Of a DNA stretch of 64,000 nucleotides, positions 1-12,183 are shown piece after piece (positions within the stretch are counted from its first letter, which is position 1; every line of letters starts with the position of its first letter). This DNA comes from Psammoneis japonica (lineage: Eukaryota): positions 1-64,000 of the forward strand of contig QPGO01000224.1 of NCBI GenBank assembly GCA_008632985.1, in the 5' to 3' direction. The notes under the pieces were generated by a model, which saw nothing but the letters and a program-made list of their open reading frames with translations, was not told the DNA's origin and did not search any database. The position numbers and the translations under genes were made by a program.

Positions 1-21
1 CTTGAAGAACCTGACAAAGGC

Positions 22-1805
22 TCACAACAATCGGCACACCACTGCACTTTTTGCCATGAGATGGGTTGCTGGCATCGCGTCGTAGAAAGCATGGGAGACT
101 TGACCCCGGCCGTGAGAAGCGTCTGGGGTGCTGCACACACTGTGTTCCATGCTCGCACAAAGAGGAAGGAAGGAAGGAACCTTGGAAATTGGGTGGGCTG
201 GCAGCGTCAAGCGAGCAAGACGAGGAAACTTTCTTGCCAACTGAAACTCTTCAACTTGTCCAGAACCCACGGAAAAAGCAAGCACCAATCAACCACGTTT
301 GTCTCAATCTGCCAAATGCACTCATTCCGGCTGTTCTTGTGGAGCTTCATCAAAGAGGCGGATTGGATTCATTTCAACAATTTTGCCATCAATCACTGCC
401 TTTTGCACTGGATCACACTCTGCCGTGAGTGACTTGGCATGGACACACAAGAGTGCATCCTCATTGGTGGGTTCCTTGACAATGGCCAAAGTCACCAAAG
501 AACCCAAGGCTTGCAATCCTTTCCACACTCCCGTGGCGGTTGAAATGGTCACATCCAACAGCCCATCATCGGGAATGACGACACAGCGCTGGGCCATGAC
601 GGATGTCGGAGGCACAACAGTGGCAACTGTGAGTGCTGTGGTTTGCAATTCTTGGGGTGGCTTGTCGTCAATGGACACACAGCAGGCAAAGGGTTCTTGT
701 TGAATGACTTGCTGTGCTCCACCTGATGCACAGGCTAGAGGTCCCCAACACATTTTTAAATTGACGCGATGCATTGTCCACCATGCTGGCTTCAAAGCAG
801 AGACCGGCAATGAGGGCCGTGGGAACTTCATTGCATGTGCGCTGAGTCAATCTTGCGCGTCTGTCCCAACAATGTGTTGTGAAAAGCGGCAAGGACACAC
901 CGGTTGGAATGCCCAGGGCAACACCAAAGGCGTTGGCGGCACCACAAGGAATGACACCCAGCGGGACACCCGCTCCCATTGTGGCTCCCGCAACCTGCTG
1001 GAGAAAAAGAGGGTGAGGCTAGAGACTGCTGCGAAGCTGTTGTTTTTGCAATGGAGTGGTGTAGACAACAAGAACAAAAAACAAAAAATGAAAAACTCAC
1101 CAGAAACGGTTCCATCTCCGCCCCAACGACAGCGATGCTGGACGCTTCATCTCCGTCCAAATGCTCTTGACTCGCCTTGATTGTGTTTGCAATTTCAAAA
1201 GCTTGATCTGAAGCTTCTCGATCGTTTTGCGCAATTGCGACATGAAGGATCATTTGGGGCTCGAGAGTGGCACGAATCAGATCCAGTTCTGCCTCGGCGT
1301 CGCCTTGATCGGCAATGGGATTGAAATGAGGTGAGCCGTTCGGGTCTCCACGGAGTGCCAGGTTTGCTGTTCCTTGTTGAGCGCAAAGGGAATTCGACTT
1401 GCGACACAAGCACGAAGAATGGCATGGACCGCATTGCTGTCACGCGCAAAATCGGAAAAGTGCACCACGCCTGAAATTTCTCCCGCAGCAGCCATGCCGG
1501 CAATCAAAATGTCAGCGACATCATCCGAGAGAGCTTTCATGACCATTTTGATCGAGTGGGCGCGAAAATCAAACTTGAGCAGCTTCGCCAAGGACTGCTG
1601 TGTCACAAAGGACTGCCCTCGTAAGGCGGAACCATTCTCGGCAATCCAACAGAGAAGCTTGTCCGCCTGTGGCGGATCTGCCAGCAGAGCAACCTTTTTG
1701 TTCTCTTCTTGTTGCGCAGCAGCATCGCCGCTGCAAGAAGCCCACAAAGGCTGGTGAAAGCTTGCACAAGGCATGGGCAACGAGATGAATCTCTCTTGAC
1801 AGCAT
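22..1805 (-). pseudogene. Degenerate MGS-like domain + YegS/diacylglycerol-kinase-family lipid kinase gene (intron-containing, frameshifted, TpA-depleted)
   Basis: Fragments across frames: DILIAGMAAAGEISGVVHFSD..ILRAC..IPFALN (MGS-like), HFNPIADQG, GGDGTVS directly followed by a gtgagt donor near 1098, and GVPLGVIPCGAANAFGVALGIP (DAGK motifs). Several frameshifts and almost no TA. Boundaries approximate. Confidence 0.8.
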
Positions 1806-2098
1806 GAGCAGGAGCTGGTGTCGAATTCAGAAGGCGTGCATTGGCAGTGTCAAACAAAAGAACACTCTCTCTAGAGCTAGAGAGACCACACGTACGATTT
1901 TATATGCATTTTTTCCTACAATGTGAAACAACGCACATAAAACGCACAGAAAAAGTGAGGGTCGAGCGATCGATCGAAAAGATCGCGATCTTACAGCATG
2001 TCGGGACATTCATAAAGGACCCGGAAAGAACAGTTCATTCCCTAACTAACGCTACCGGTATTTTACCATGACAGGCAACCTTGTTTCTTGCGGCAAGA

Positions 2099-2245
2099 GC
2101 AGCAGCACACGCTACCGGAGTAGCCTTCGCGTCGCTTTACTGTGTCATCAAGATAGATCAATCTACTGGCAGCAGCACACGCTACGGTACTCTAGAAAAG
2201 CCTTCGTGTCGCTTCACTGTGTCATCAAGATAGAACAATCTACTG
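2099..2245. repeat. Imperfect tandem duplication (70 and 77 bp units)
   Basis: gcagcagcacacgctac...tgtgtcatcaagataga..aatctactg starts at 2099 and again at 2169. Confidence 0.85.
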
Positions 2246-2532
2246 GCAATGGTTGACCCGTAGTCTAAAAGTGAGATGAGCTGTCAAAGTTGCGAGTTTG
2301 ACACAAGCTTTCGGAGCAAAAAAGATTGGAAAGAAAGAATCTACTGCAAAAGGACACGACGTATCGAATAATAACATGAACCTAACACGATTTACATTTT
2401 CAATACAAAAGCAGAAGCCGTTTCGTGATTGGTCACACCACGAGATGAAACAATGGCTGTACGCTTCGAAAGTGCAATACGTATATCCTAAGGTGGAGCA
2501 TTTAAAATGCCTCCAGCAATCTCGAATGCGCT

Positions 2533-3267
2533 TCAATAGTAAGGATACTTGGGGCAAGTTTTCTTCTTGCAGACGGTGCCAAATCCAAGAAAGTGTCCCT
2601 TAATGTTTTTGCAAAACTTCTTCCTGACTACGACGCAAGAGCCATCCTTCTTGCAGCAGGCACCATAAGCGGCTGGGCAAGTATACTTGCTGCAAAGAAT
2701 ACCCTTGCCAGCAAAGTCACCTCCAAGGCGCTCGCAGGGTTTCTTCTTGATATTAATGCACCTGTTCTCGTACGGAAAGCAACAAGATCCGCGAAGTTCA
2801 ACCGGCTTGGGGGTAGGATAGTAGTCCGGCTTGGGGGTTGGATAGTAGTCCGGCTTGGGGGTAGGATAGTAGTCCGGCTTGGGGGTTGGGTACGGCGTCG
2901 GCTTGGGGGTAGGATAGTAGTCCGGCTTGGGGGTTGGGTACGGCGTCGGCTTGGGGGTTGGGTAAGGCGTCGGCTTGGGGGTTGGGTAATACGGCGTCTT
3001 CTTGTGGGTCTTTGGGCATCTGTTGTAGGGCGCACACACCGTGCCATCTCCCAAATAATAGCCTCCCCTCCTACGGCAGTTTCCAGGCCTGAGGACGAGG
3101 CATTCTTTAGGTCCATAGTAGAAGCAGCACGCTCCTCGTGGCCCTCCTCCATACAAGAGCCTGTCGAGAAGAGATTCCTGCGTCTCTTTGTCCTTTGGAC
3201 TGTCAACGTGGCCGTTGACAGACACAAAGCACCAAACACTTACGATCGAGGCTAAGGCGAACTTCAT
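2533..3267 (-). CDS. Secreted protein with Cys-rich GACC/GSCC repeats and a central YPTPKP (extensin-like) repeat
   Basis: 244-aa ORF with signal peptide [19 protein letters not shown], three G(A/S)CC..C..C..G.G..C modules and 8 YPTPKP units. Normal TA content. Confidence 0.85.
   Translation of the reverse strand: MKFALASIVSVWCFVSVNGHVDSPKDKETQESLLDRLLYGGGPRGACCFYYGPKECLVLRPGNCRRRGGYYLGDGTVCAPYNRCPKTHKKTPYYPTPKPTPYPTPKPTPYPTPKPDYYPTPKPTPYPTPKPDYYPTPKPDYYPTPKPDYYPTPKPVELRGSCCFPYENRCINIKKKPCERLGGDFAGKGILCSKYTCPAAYGACCKKDGSCVVVRKKFCKNIKGHFLGFGTVCKKKTCPKYPYY
2804..2996. repeat. 24-bp coding tandem repeat encoding (T/D)(P/Y)YPTPKP
   Basis: cggcttgggggt recurs every 24 bp, about 8 copies. Confidence 0.9.
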
Positions 3268-3743
3268 CGTTATCTTGCACCCTTTACCTAAATCGATTTG
3301 TGCAAAAAATGAGATGTGTACGCGATGTTGATCGAGTATGGTGCTTTGAGTTTATTACACGGTTCACTCCACGCAAACGCAACATTTATTGTGATAAGTG
3401 ATCAGGCAACTAATAAATGTCTCTATAAATGTTCCCAATACCAGAGAACTTCGTACGATAGACAAGCGCTTTTTGTTGTTTTCAATAAATATATTTATCG
3501 GGGCACGAACGAAAAAAAGCTACTACTTAACAGCTATCACCGTTAAATATTGAATTTTATTAAATAACTACGCTAAATGAAGTTCCCTAGACATTATTAT
3601 GTTTTCGAATGACTCACGCTAGCTTTCTCATCGGACAATGGACATCGCCGAAACACTCTGTCGACAATTATAACACAAAGAACATTATTGCCCATCAGTT
3701 AATTGAATTTGTCCAATAAGTAATTCGTTTGTTTAACTGCAGG

Positions 3744-3824
3744 GCCTGTCTACAGAAAAATGGTGCCTGTCCAAAGACAAGTGAAGCTTGTCTGCAGACA
3801 AATGGAGCTTGTCTAAAGACAATG
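3744..3824. repeat. Four 21-bp tandem units with internal palindrome (tgtct..agaca) at the edge of a TpA-depleted domain; possible transposon subterminal repeats
   Basis: gcctgtctacagaaaaatggt / gcctgtccaaagacaagtgaa / gcttgtctgcagacaaatgga / gcttgtctaaagacaatg. Confidence 0.75.
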
Positions 3825-6800
3825 CTCGCAGTCGAATGTCTCATCCCCGAATTGCCTACGACCCAAGACATCAATCGACGCAGCGAACATCGTTTCGGTG
3901 CCTTGTCTGAAAAACATTCAACAAGCAGACCCCCCAGAGACTGGGTTGCATCGACTTGAACTTCGACGTGGACTCACAGCAAGCACCCAGTTTGGTCACT
4001 TGGGCAATGCAGCCACAGGCTCGGAGCAGATTTGCACTGTGTCAAAGTGTTGAGAGAGTTGTGCATTGTGCAAAATGGAAGAAAAAATTGTGCAGACAAA
4101 AAACTCCGCAGTTTTGGATGTTTGCCCCATTTTTTTTAGCTGCGCTTGGCTTCATGGGCCAGCAGCGCAGCATCAGCATGCACACTTTGTTCAGCCAGCA
4201 GTGCAGCATCATGCACACTTTGTTTGGCTCTGCTTGCACAGGCATCAAAAAGCCATGGCGGCATGCTCTCATGGCTTTTTTGTTGTGCTTGCCAAGCCCA
4301 GAACAGCATCACCCCAGCTGCTCTCTGCCAAACTCTCAGCAAGTGAAAAGCAGCCTGCACTTTGCTGTTTGGCTTGTGAGCAATGCACTTTCTGCCTGTG
4401 ATGGTTTTGCTTGGTGATCGCACCCTGCGCCGTCATTGCTGCGGGCATGCTGCCTGTTGTTGCCGGCACAGTGTCAGGCAAGAAAAGTGCAGGGCCGCCA
4501 AGCAGCACTGCTGCACACACACAGCATTGCTCAAAGCTTGTGCCTCAATGCCTGGTTGTGGCCTGGCAGATGGGACAGCACCAGTGTGCTGATGGAGACA
4601 GCAGCAATGGGGGGGGGGGGGGGGCAGCATGGCAGAGCACAAAAAATGTCGCCCACGCTGGCTGCCATCATTGCTGCTTTTCCCAATTTTTTGTTGTTTT
4701 TTTCCTGGATCTGCTCATTTTGAAGTGCTGGCTGTTGTCCTCATTTTGCTTGGAGCAAGCGGTGGTGTGGCGTGGTGCTTTTTTGTTGGCGCTCTTTTCA
4801 CCTTGCTCCTGGTCACATCCTTTGTCACTGTCACTTTTTCTTCTGCCTTTCTCTTTGCTTCTGTGGCAGGCTTCTGATGCTGGGTTCTCTCTGAGAGAGT
4901 TTTTTTCCTGCTGCATTTGCTTTTGAATGGTGGTGGCTTTGTTTTCAAGCCTTTTAAATTGCAGGTTGGTGCTCCTGAAGAGTTTGACATCCAGGCAAAT
5001 CTTCTTGATGCTGTTCCTTCCACTCTGATGGCCCTTCTTGACCACAGCTGAGTTGCCTTTGTCTGCCAATGAACCTTGCCCAATTGTGGCCATTGCACTG
5101 TTGTCAATTGCCAGGAATGTCTCACTTGGAATGATCTGCTGGGTGGCTGGCAAGTGCAAATCTTGCCCTGTCATTTTACCCTCATCTCCTTTTTTTGATT
5201 TGTGCATTTTCTTCTGCCTTTCAGACAACACCACAGCATTGCCTTCATCTGCCAAGAGCAGCGCCATGCCCAGCTGCAGTCATTTTGCTGCTGTTGTCAA
5301 TGGCTTGTCTCTCTTGGAGCTGGGCTGTGTCAGCTGGTGAGCACAAACCCTTCCTGCTCTTGCTGCTTCTCCTCTTTTTTGATGCACACATTGTTCTGCC
5401 TTTTGCTTGCAATCTGTGTTTGGCTTGTGATGCATGTGCATTTGCTGCTTGCTTGTTGAACAAACATGAGGAGTTGTTGTTGTTGCCATTGTTGTTCCTG
5501 TGGTGTTGAGCTGACAGCATCAGAAAGCAGGAGAGCACAGCATTGCCTGGCCACAACTCTGTGGTTGCATCTTTTGCACAAAGATTGTTTGACTTGATCT
5601 CTGGCTGCTGTGCTCAATTTCAGGTTAACTGGGGGTTTGCCTGCTTTGTTGCTGCCCTGTTTCATGCCAGAATGCCACTGTGAAGAACATGTGACAAACA
5701 GTGTGCAGCAATGGCACTGCCAAAACAACAGCCTCACAATGGCAGTGACAATGAATGATGAAGTGGTCTGTCACATTTGAGGCTGGTGGACTCTCCCTTT
5801 TGCAAGAGTTTGAGCATCAAAGAGAGTGCCTCACAGCACAATGATCTGTGCTCTGAGAGTGCTCAACCCAGACATGAGATGCCCCTTTGAAGAGTTGCCA
5901 AGAGAAGCTTGGTCATTGATTTTTTGCACCCAACATGCTCTCTGGCTTGTTGGCAAGGCAGAAATTGGTTGTGGGTCAACAAAAGATGTGTCCCCTGGTG
6001 CATCATCTGTTGGTGACATGCTGTGGTTGTGACACATGATCTTGCGCTGCTTTTTTCTTGCATGTGCACAGCAGGGTGGCACTTGGCAGATGGCCAACAG
6101 GCTTTTGGATGTGACATGGTGCAGGGGGGGGGGGGGGGGGGGGGGGGGGGAATGGCCCAGCACATGTGCCGCGCACCATGCCAATGTCCAGGCAGAGTGC
6201 ACACATCAACACATTGTGAGGCACCCACATGGGAATGCCTGTCTTTTTCAAAATCACTCCATTGTGTCCAAAGGCCCAACAGTCAAAGCACTCACAGAGT
6301 GTGGAGCATTTCAGCTGCAACATGGAGTGCCAAATGACAAGGGCTTCCTTCCAACTCTTCTTCTGGCCCTCAAGTGGAGCTTGCACAATGCAAAACCACA
6401 AGGGTGTGTTCCTTCTTGGCCAGGAAGGGGGTGTGCTTCATGACATGCACAAAGATCTCTCTGTGCAAGCAGGAGCAAAAACACTGAAAATGTGTGCAGT
6501 GCCAAGTGGCGCAGAATCCTGTGAAACCAAATGAGTTTGTGCAAGATTGAGCAAGTGGCGCAAGTGGAAATGCACACACAAGAGCAGTGTGAGTGGAGAA
6601 ATGTGTGTGGTTGGTGTGCTGCTGGAGGTGAAAGGGATGGAACATCACCAAATGTGGGCACAATCAGCTGTTTTTCTTGCACAGTCATGTGAGCATGATG
6701 ATTGGTTGAAAATGCATGTTGTGCACAAATAAAAACTGGCAGAGTGCTGCCTGGTTCATTGTCCAAGTTGCACCTGCAACTCCAAAACAAAGCTGAAAAT

Positions 6801-8346
6801 CATGTCATTGATGGCGCAAGCTCTGACGCACCTCTTGGCAGAAGAGGAGCAGGTGTTCCAGGAGTGATGTGCTGTCTTTTGATGACAAGAAGATCAAGCA
6901 AAACACTCAGGGCCTCAAAATGAGCTGCCAAAAAGCATCAGTGATGCACATCTTTGTCCAAATTTGGCTTTGTGGGCTCATGTTGAGTTGCCATGAAGTC
7001 AGACAGAGGACAAGGCATTTGTCCAGCAAAGGTGTCAGCGGCAATCATGGCACATGGAGTTGGGTTTGCATTGTTGAGGAGCCATCAGCACAGAGTCTCA
7101 TTTGGCTGGAGTCAGTCTGTCATCAAATGAGCTTCAGACCTCAGAATGAGACTAGACACAAGTGAGCAAAAGCATGAACAACAACCTTTGGCTCAGCAAA
7201 GGTGGAAGCTCACTCATGTGTGCAAGCATTTTTGGAGAGAAGATGCAAAAACTGCACAAGCATCATTTTCTGGCTCACACACAAAAGGGGCTCCATTTTC
7301 AGTCAAGTGCTGGCACTTGGTTCAGTGTCATGTCTGACCCAGGGATGAAAAAAGTGATGAACAAGGATTTCATCAACATGACAGCCACAGGCCAGTGCTG
7401 CAGTGAGAGTTTGTCTGTTCTCAGCTTGAAAATGGATTTGAGCTTTCAGAAATGAGCAAAAAATGGCTGGCAGCAAGCACACAACTCTCCAGAGTCAAAG
7501 CTGCAAACATTGTGATGATGAAGCTTTGCACAAAAACTGTCATAGGATTTTGGCCTTTGCCCCATCTGCCTTCATCATCATTGGGCAATTTCTTGTTTGT
7601 CAGAAGAAGCAAACAACAGAACAACAGATGAATCAGTTGTTTGTTTTGGGCATTGACAGCACCTGGGATGAGGGTCAACATGATCTTTTTTTTTGCTGCA
7701 AGGATGGTGGAAAGCTGCTGCCTTTTGTTTGTGTCCAAAAGAGCTTTTTGAGAGGCCTCCAATGAGCTGGGGCATGGACAATGCAGGAAAAATTGAAGCC
7801 ACCACAGAAACTGGGTTTCCTCTCACCACACCAAAACAATCCAGAAGCTGGAGGTGCACAGTGTCAGCTCATTGAAGTTCATGAAAGGTGCAGCAAGCCA
7901 CATGGTGGTGGCACATTGTGGCCTGGGCAGGCAAAAAACTGCAAAACACTCCACAAAAAAGTGCTGAGTTTTGAAATGTTTTTCTCTGTGCTGTTGTTGT
8001 TTGCAGTGTGGTTTGTGACTGCTGCTTGGGTTGCTGCTCTCATTTCTGAACTCCTCTTGCATGTTCATGTGGTTTCAAATTATTTCACTTTTGACTGTGC
8101 CTTTTGTTGACTCATTGCACTTGGTGCCAAGTGATGCGCATCATCAGCAAGGGAGGGATCAGCAATGCCCTTGCCTTTTTTGTCCCACAAAGCACAAAAA
8201 AATTGCTCAGCAAAGCATCGGTTGTGACAACAGCATTCCAGATGTTTCTCATTTGCCTTCAGCAAAAAATGGCATGAGATCACATTTCCTCATAAGCTGG
8301 CATGCAAAGTCATGAGAAAAAGAGCCCCCGCCCATTGCCCTTGGCA

Positions 8347-9249
8347 TCAACTCTGTTTTTTCACTTGACTGCCCACAATGATTTGTGCACCCAAGAAGAT
8401 GTTGGTGCCTGTCATTGCAAACTTGAGCCATGAGTGTTGGTTCCACCCATGTTTGTAAATCAATTCATCACATTCTTTGGCCAGAGCAGTTGCAAGGGAA
8501 TTGTCTCTGTTTCCACCATCACTTGGAGCTCTCATCATTGATTGAATTTTGCCAAAATGAAGCACCAGCTCCTTTCTCTCTAAAGAAGTTGTGTTTGTTT
8601 TGCAGCTGCAGAGTGTTGCTGCCCTTTTCAAGAGCAACCACTTCACATTGCTCATTGCAGACAAGTTTGCATTGGGCATCTTGAATTTGTGATGCTCCCA
8701 ACCAAGACTGTGAGCTGCTTTTTGCACAGTGGTCAAAGTCTTTGCTGCCCCAGGCGTTGCAAACATCAGAGCACAGGTTTTCACCTCTGAAGCCAATGAC
8801 TTTGTTCTTTGTTCTCTTCCCTCCTGCTGGAAGAACAATCACAACCCATGGATTGCCTCATCTTTGCACAGCTCTGGCACAGCTGCATTAAAAGGGTTGT
8901 TGCAAAATGGGCTTTGGATGCATTTAGTGAAATTTAACTCCTCCTCAGCCTGGACAGAGATGCAGTCATTTCCAATGGGACTTGGCGTTGGAGTGCGGTG
9001 AGGCAACAACTGAAACATGACCCCAAAGCTGGGGTCACCTTCAGCACAATTTGCTGCATTTTTGAGGTTGTTGCTCATTTTTTCCCAACCCACTGGCATT
9101 TTTGCTGTGACAAACGCAGAGCCAATGGTCAGTTCAAGGCCTGTTGCTTCCCAGAACTCACCCACAGTCAATGGAAACAGCTCATCGTAGAACTTAAAAA
9201 CATCTGTGACTGAAAAATTGTGGTTTCTTGCTGCTGCTGCTGCTTGCAC
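8347..9249 (-). pseudogene. Degenerate P-loop NTPase remnant (Crinkler-associated NTPase-like)
   Basis: LMFATPGAAKTLT (decayed Walker A), LVLHFGKIQ (decayed Walker B, hhhhDE) and downstream MTGTN. Frameshifted; probably extends further toward about 6900. Confidence 0.5.
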
Positions 9250-10322
9250 AATTCTTGAAAGGTGTTGAGTGCTTCTGTTTGATTGAAGGAATGATCATTG
9301 AACTCATCTGTGCTGCAGCCAGCAACTTCAAGACACACACAACATTCCTTGTCAATTCAATCCCAAGGAGTTGTCATGGTTGTTGATGTCACTTCACCTT
9401 GCTCTGAGCTCTGCTGTGCCTGCCAGAGCAGCAGCAGCAGTGCCTGCTGCCTGATGGCTGGAGGTGGCAGGAACTGACAAAAATGCAAAATGTGCACAGA
9501 AATCCTCATGCAGACAGACCGCGTCACTGCAGTTTTGATTTTCCTTGCCAGCTTGGCTTGCATGTGGTGACACCCAGCTTTTTGCCATCTGCATGTGTTG
9601 CACCCACTGTCAGCATCAAGAAGTGCACCTGGCAGCAATCTTGCAAAGCTTTGAAACCCACATCTTGTTTGCAACAGACTCGTTGATCCAGCCACCACAC
9701 TTCTGGTGTGGCAGGTTGACTGTGAAACAACATCTTCCTTGGCCCTGATGCTCTGCAGAAAATGCAAGCTCTTGCTGCATCCCATGCTGTTGCACAGCCC
9801 CTTGTTGAGCATGAGAAGTGAAAAGTGTGTGTTTGCAGTGCGCGGGTGTTCTCACATGCAGGTGATGATCTGCACACAAAGAATGCCACAGTCAGTGTGT
9901 GGCTGCCAATCAGGGATGCCATTTCCTCAGATCCTGCAGGCCAGGAGAGGGGCACTGTCTTGCAGATCCTGCCAGCGGAGAAGTTGGTGATTGGCAATGC
10001 GATCCTGAATGTGAAGCATGGGTTGGTCACAATGAAAATGCTGGCAACAGGAATCAACAGCAGGCACCCATGCTCAGCATGAAGCTCAAGTCATTCTCAT
10101 GATGTGCCCCAAATGGAGCTCATCTGTGGAAAGCTTTTGCGCATGTTGAGCACACTGACAAAAACAGCTTGGAGGTGCTCCCACAATGTGGAAATGGAGA
10201 AATTCTTGTGCACATGCAGTGCAATGCAGGTGGGCATGTGCTGGCTCCTCTTCTGTCAAGAAGCAACTCTGGTGGGCACACAGCAAAGAGGTTTGGAGTC
10301 CAGGCTGGTGAGTTGCATTGCT

Positions 10323-10483
10323 GTGTTCAACAGACAGAGGGCACTGACAATTTTCTAAAAAACTTGCAAAACATCAAATGAACACATCACATTTGTGAGT
10401 GACGTTGACGTGTTCAACAGACAGAGGGTGCTGACCATTTTCTAAAAAACTTGCAAAACATCAAATGAACATGACACATTTGT
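10323..10483. repeat. Tandem duplication, 87-bp period
   Basis: gtgttcaacagacagaggg..ttttctaaaaaacttgcaaaacatcaaatgaaca..cacatttgt at 10323 and 10410. Copies differ by CA vs TG (gggCAct / gggTGct). Confidence 0.9.
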
Positions 10484-12183
10484 TTTTAAAAGTTCTTGCA
10501 TCAAAAATGTTTTGGCAATGATGCAATGCGCCAATTTTGACCACTCAAATTCTCTGGTCATTTTGTCATGACCTGCAAATTGTGCATGCTAAAGCTGGCG
10601 CCATGCTGCCACCATGAACTCACCCATTTGTGCACCAACAGCCATCAACAAGACAAGCCAACAAGGCTGTGCTCCATGTGATGACATGGCTCAAATTTTT
10701 GGCTGCTCTGTTTGTTGTGTCTCATAGATTGCCTTCAACTGATGACATTTTGATGCCTCTTTTGTTGTCTTCCTTAGATTGCAAAGCAGGATTTTTTGCA
10801 ACACTTTTGGCCAAGTCAACTTGTCAATGCTGGGTGCAACCAACAATGTGTGTTTTTATGGTGCACTTGCAGGATTTTTGCAGTGTGTCATCTGCACTCC
10901 AAGTTGTTGTGGACAGTGGTGGTTTTGGGTTGTGTCGGCATGTCAAATTTTGGAGCTGTCAGAAGAGCAGTTCTGCACTCAGTTTTGAGGGTGCGCGACA
11001 GTTGAGAAGCTGCTGGACAAGTCTGACAGGCACAACTTTTGCAAAACAGAACAAAGACATCAATGACATCCAAGTGTTGCAGCCACTTCACTTCCTTGTG
11101 AGGTGTGGAGCCAGTCATTTGAGTGTCAAAATGTTCTCAACATTTCATTGTTGCCTCTGCTTCTGCTGCACAATCATGCACCAGAACACATCCGTGCTGG
11201 TTTGTCATGAGTGAGAGCCTTGTCTGGGTTCTGGATTGCACTTCTCTGGGGCATTCTTTCTCCCTTCAGCTACTTTCTGAGTCAGCTCAGCAGTGGCGCA
11301 AAACATGTGGTTTTGTTCTCACTTGATGGTGACAGGCGCAATGGGCCAACAATGCATCTTTGAGATGAGCTGCACATGGAACAAATTGCGTGCTGACAAA
11401 GATTGCCTTGTTGCACTTTGGTCTTTCCACTTCTCTGTTAAAATGTGTTGGCTGTTGACCCTCATCAGATTTGCAAGCACTCGAGGGGTGCTAAAATGGA
11501 TTTCAAAATCTGGTTGATTTGCCGTTGACTGCTGCGACTGACTCTTCTCAAAACCTCATCGCTCATCTCCATCATTGTGTTTGAAATGGGAGAAATCAAC
11601 AACATTGAAGCCTCTTTTTTATGCCACCTTGTTTGGCTTGTCTTTGTCTCATCCTTTTTATTGTTGGAATGGACAAGTCTCCCGTGGTCCACATTCCATC
11701 TTACACATCCTGTCTTGTCAATGATGGAGACATAATTTCAACTGTCGATTGTCTGCTGCATCATGCCACATTGTTGGACACGCCCAGACGGGAACCACCA
11801 AAAGCACAGCCAAGGCTCAAATAGGCACCCTCCGCTACGGTATGTCCTTGCCGGCGGAAGAATTGTTTTCCCAAACAGTCAATCAAACCAACAAGGCCGC
11901 AAAAATCGAGGAGCTGTATGAGTTGGAGATTCAAAACGCTAAGTCTGCCCTATTCACGAGTATGGATCCTGTTGCTTCTCGTAAGGATCACGTCAGCCAC
12001 ACTTCTCTTTCCCTACACTCTATCTATTAGGGAATACTCTCTAGTAATAAAATTTTGTTTGACGCCATTTACTGGTTTCGCTTTGAATACAAAAAGATTA
12101 ATTAGTCCTGATCAATCTTGACTGGTAAAAACGCAACGCACTTTACCGTCACCTTTGCAACATCGCGACCATTAGACTTTATC

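Larger units (their letters stand above)
3830..11800. other. Old TpA- and CpG-depleted relic domain (decayed TEs and gene copies)
   Basis: By eye, 1 TA in 4021-4320 versus about 17 in 3361-3540. CG is also rare and TG/CA very abundant. Dense Cys/His-rich ORFs nearly free of Tyr in all frames. Confidence 0.9.

Noticed and set aside
2804..2996. CRISPR-like array
   Set aside because: In-frame coding repeat with no unique spacers and no cas genes, in a eukaryotic context.
3830..11800. CpG methylation decay as the sole cause of the TG/CA excess
   Set aside because: It explains CG loss but cannot remove TA or turn Tyr into Cys/His. The copia lost TA while keeping CG.
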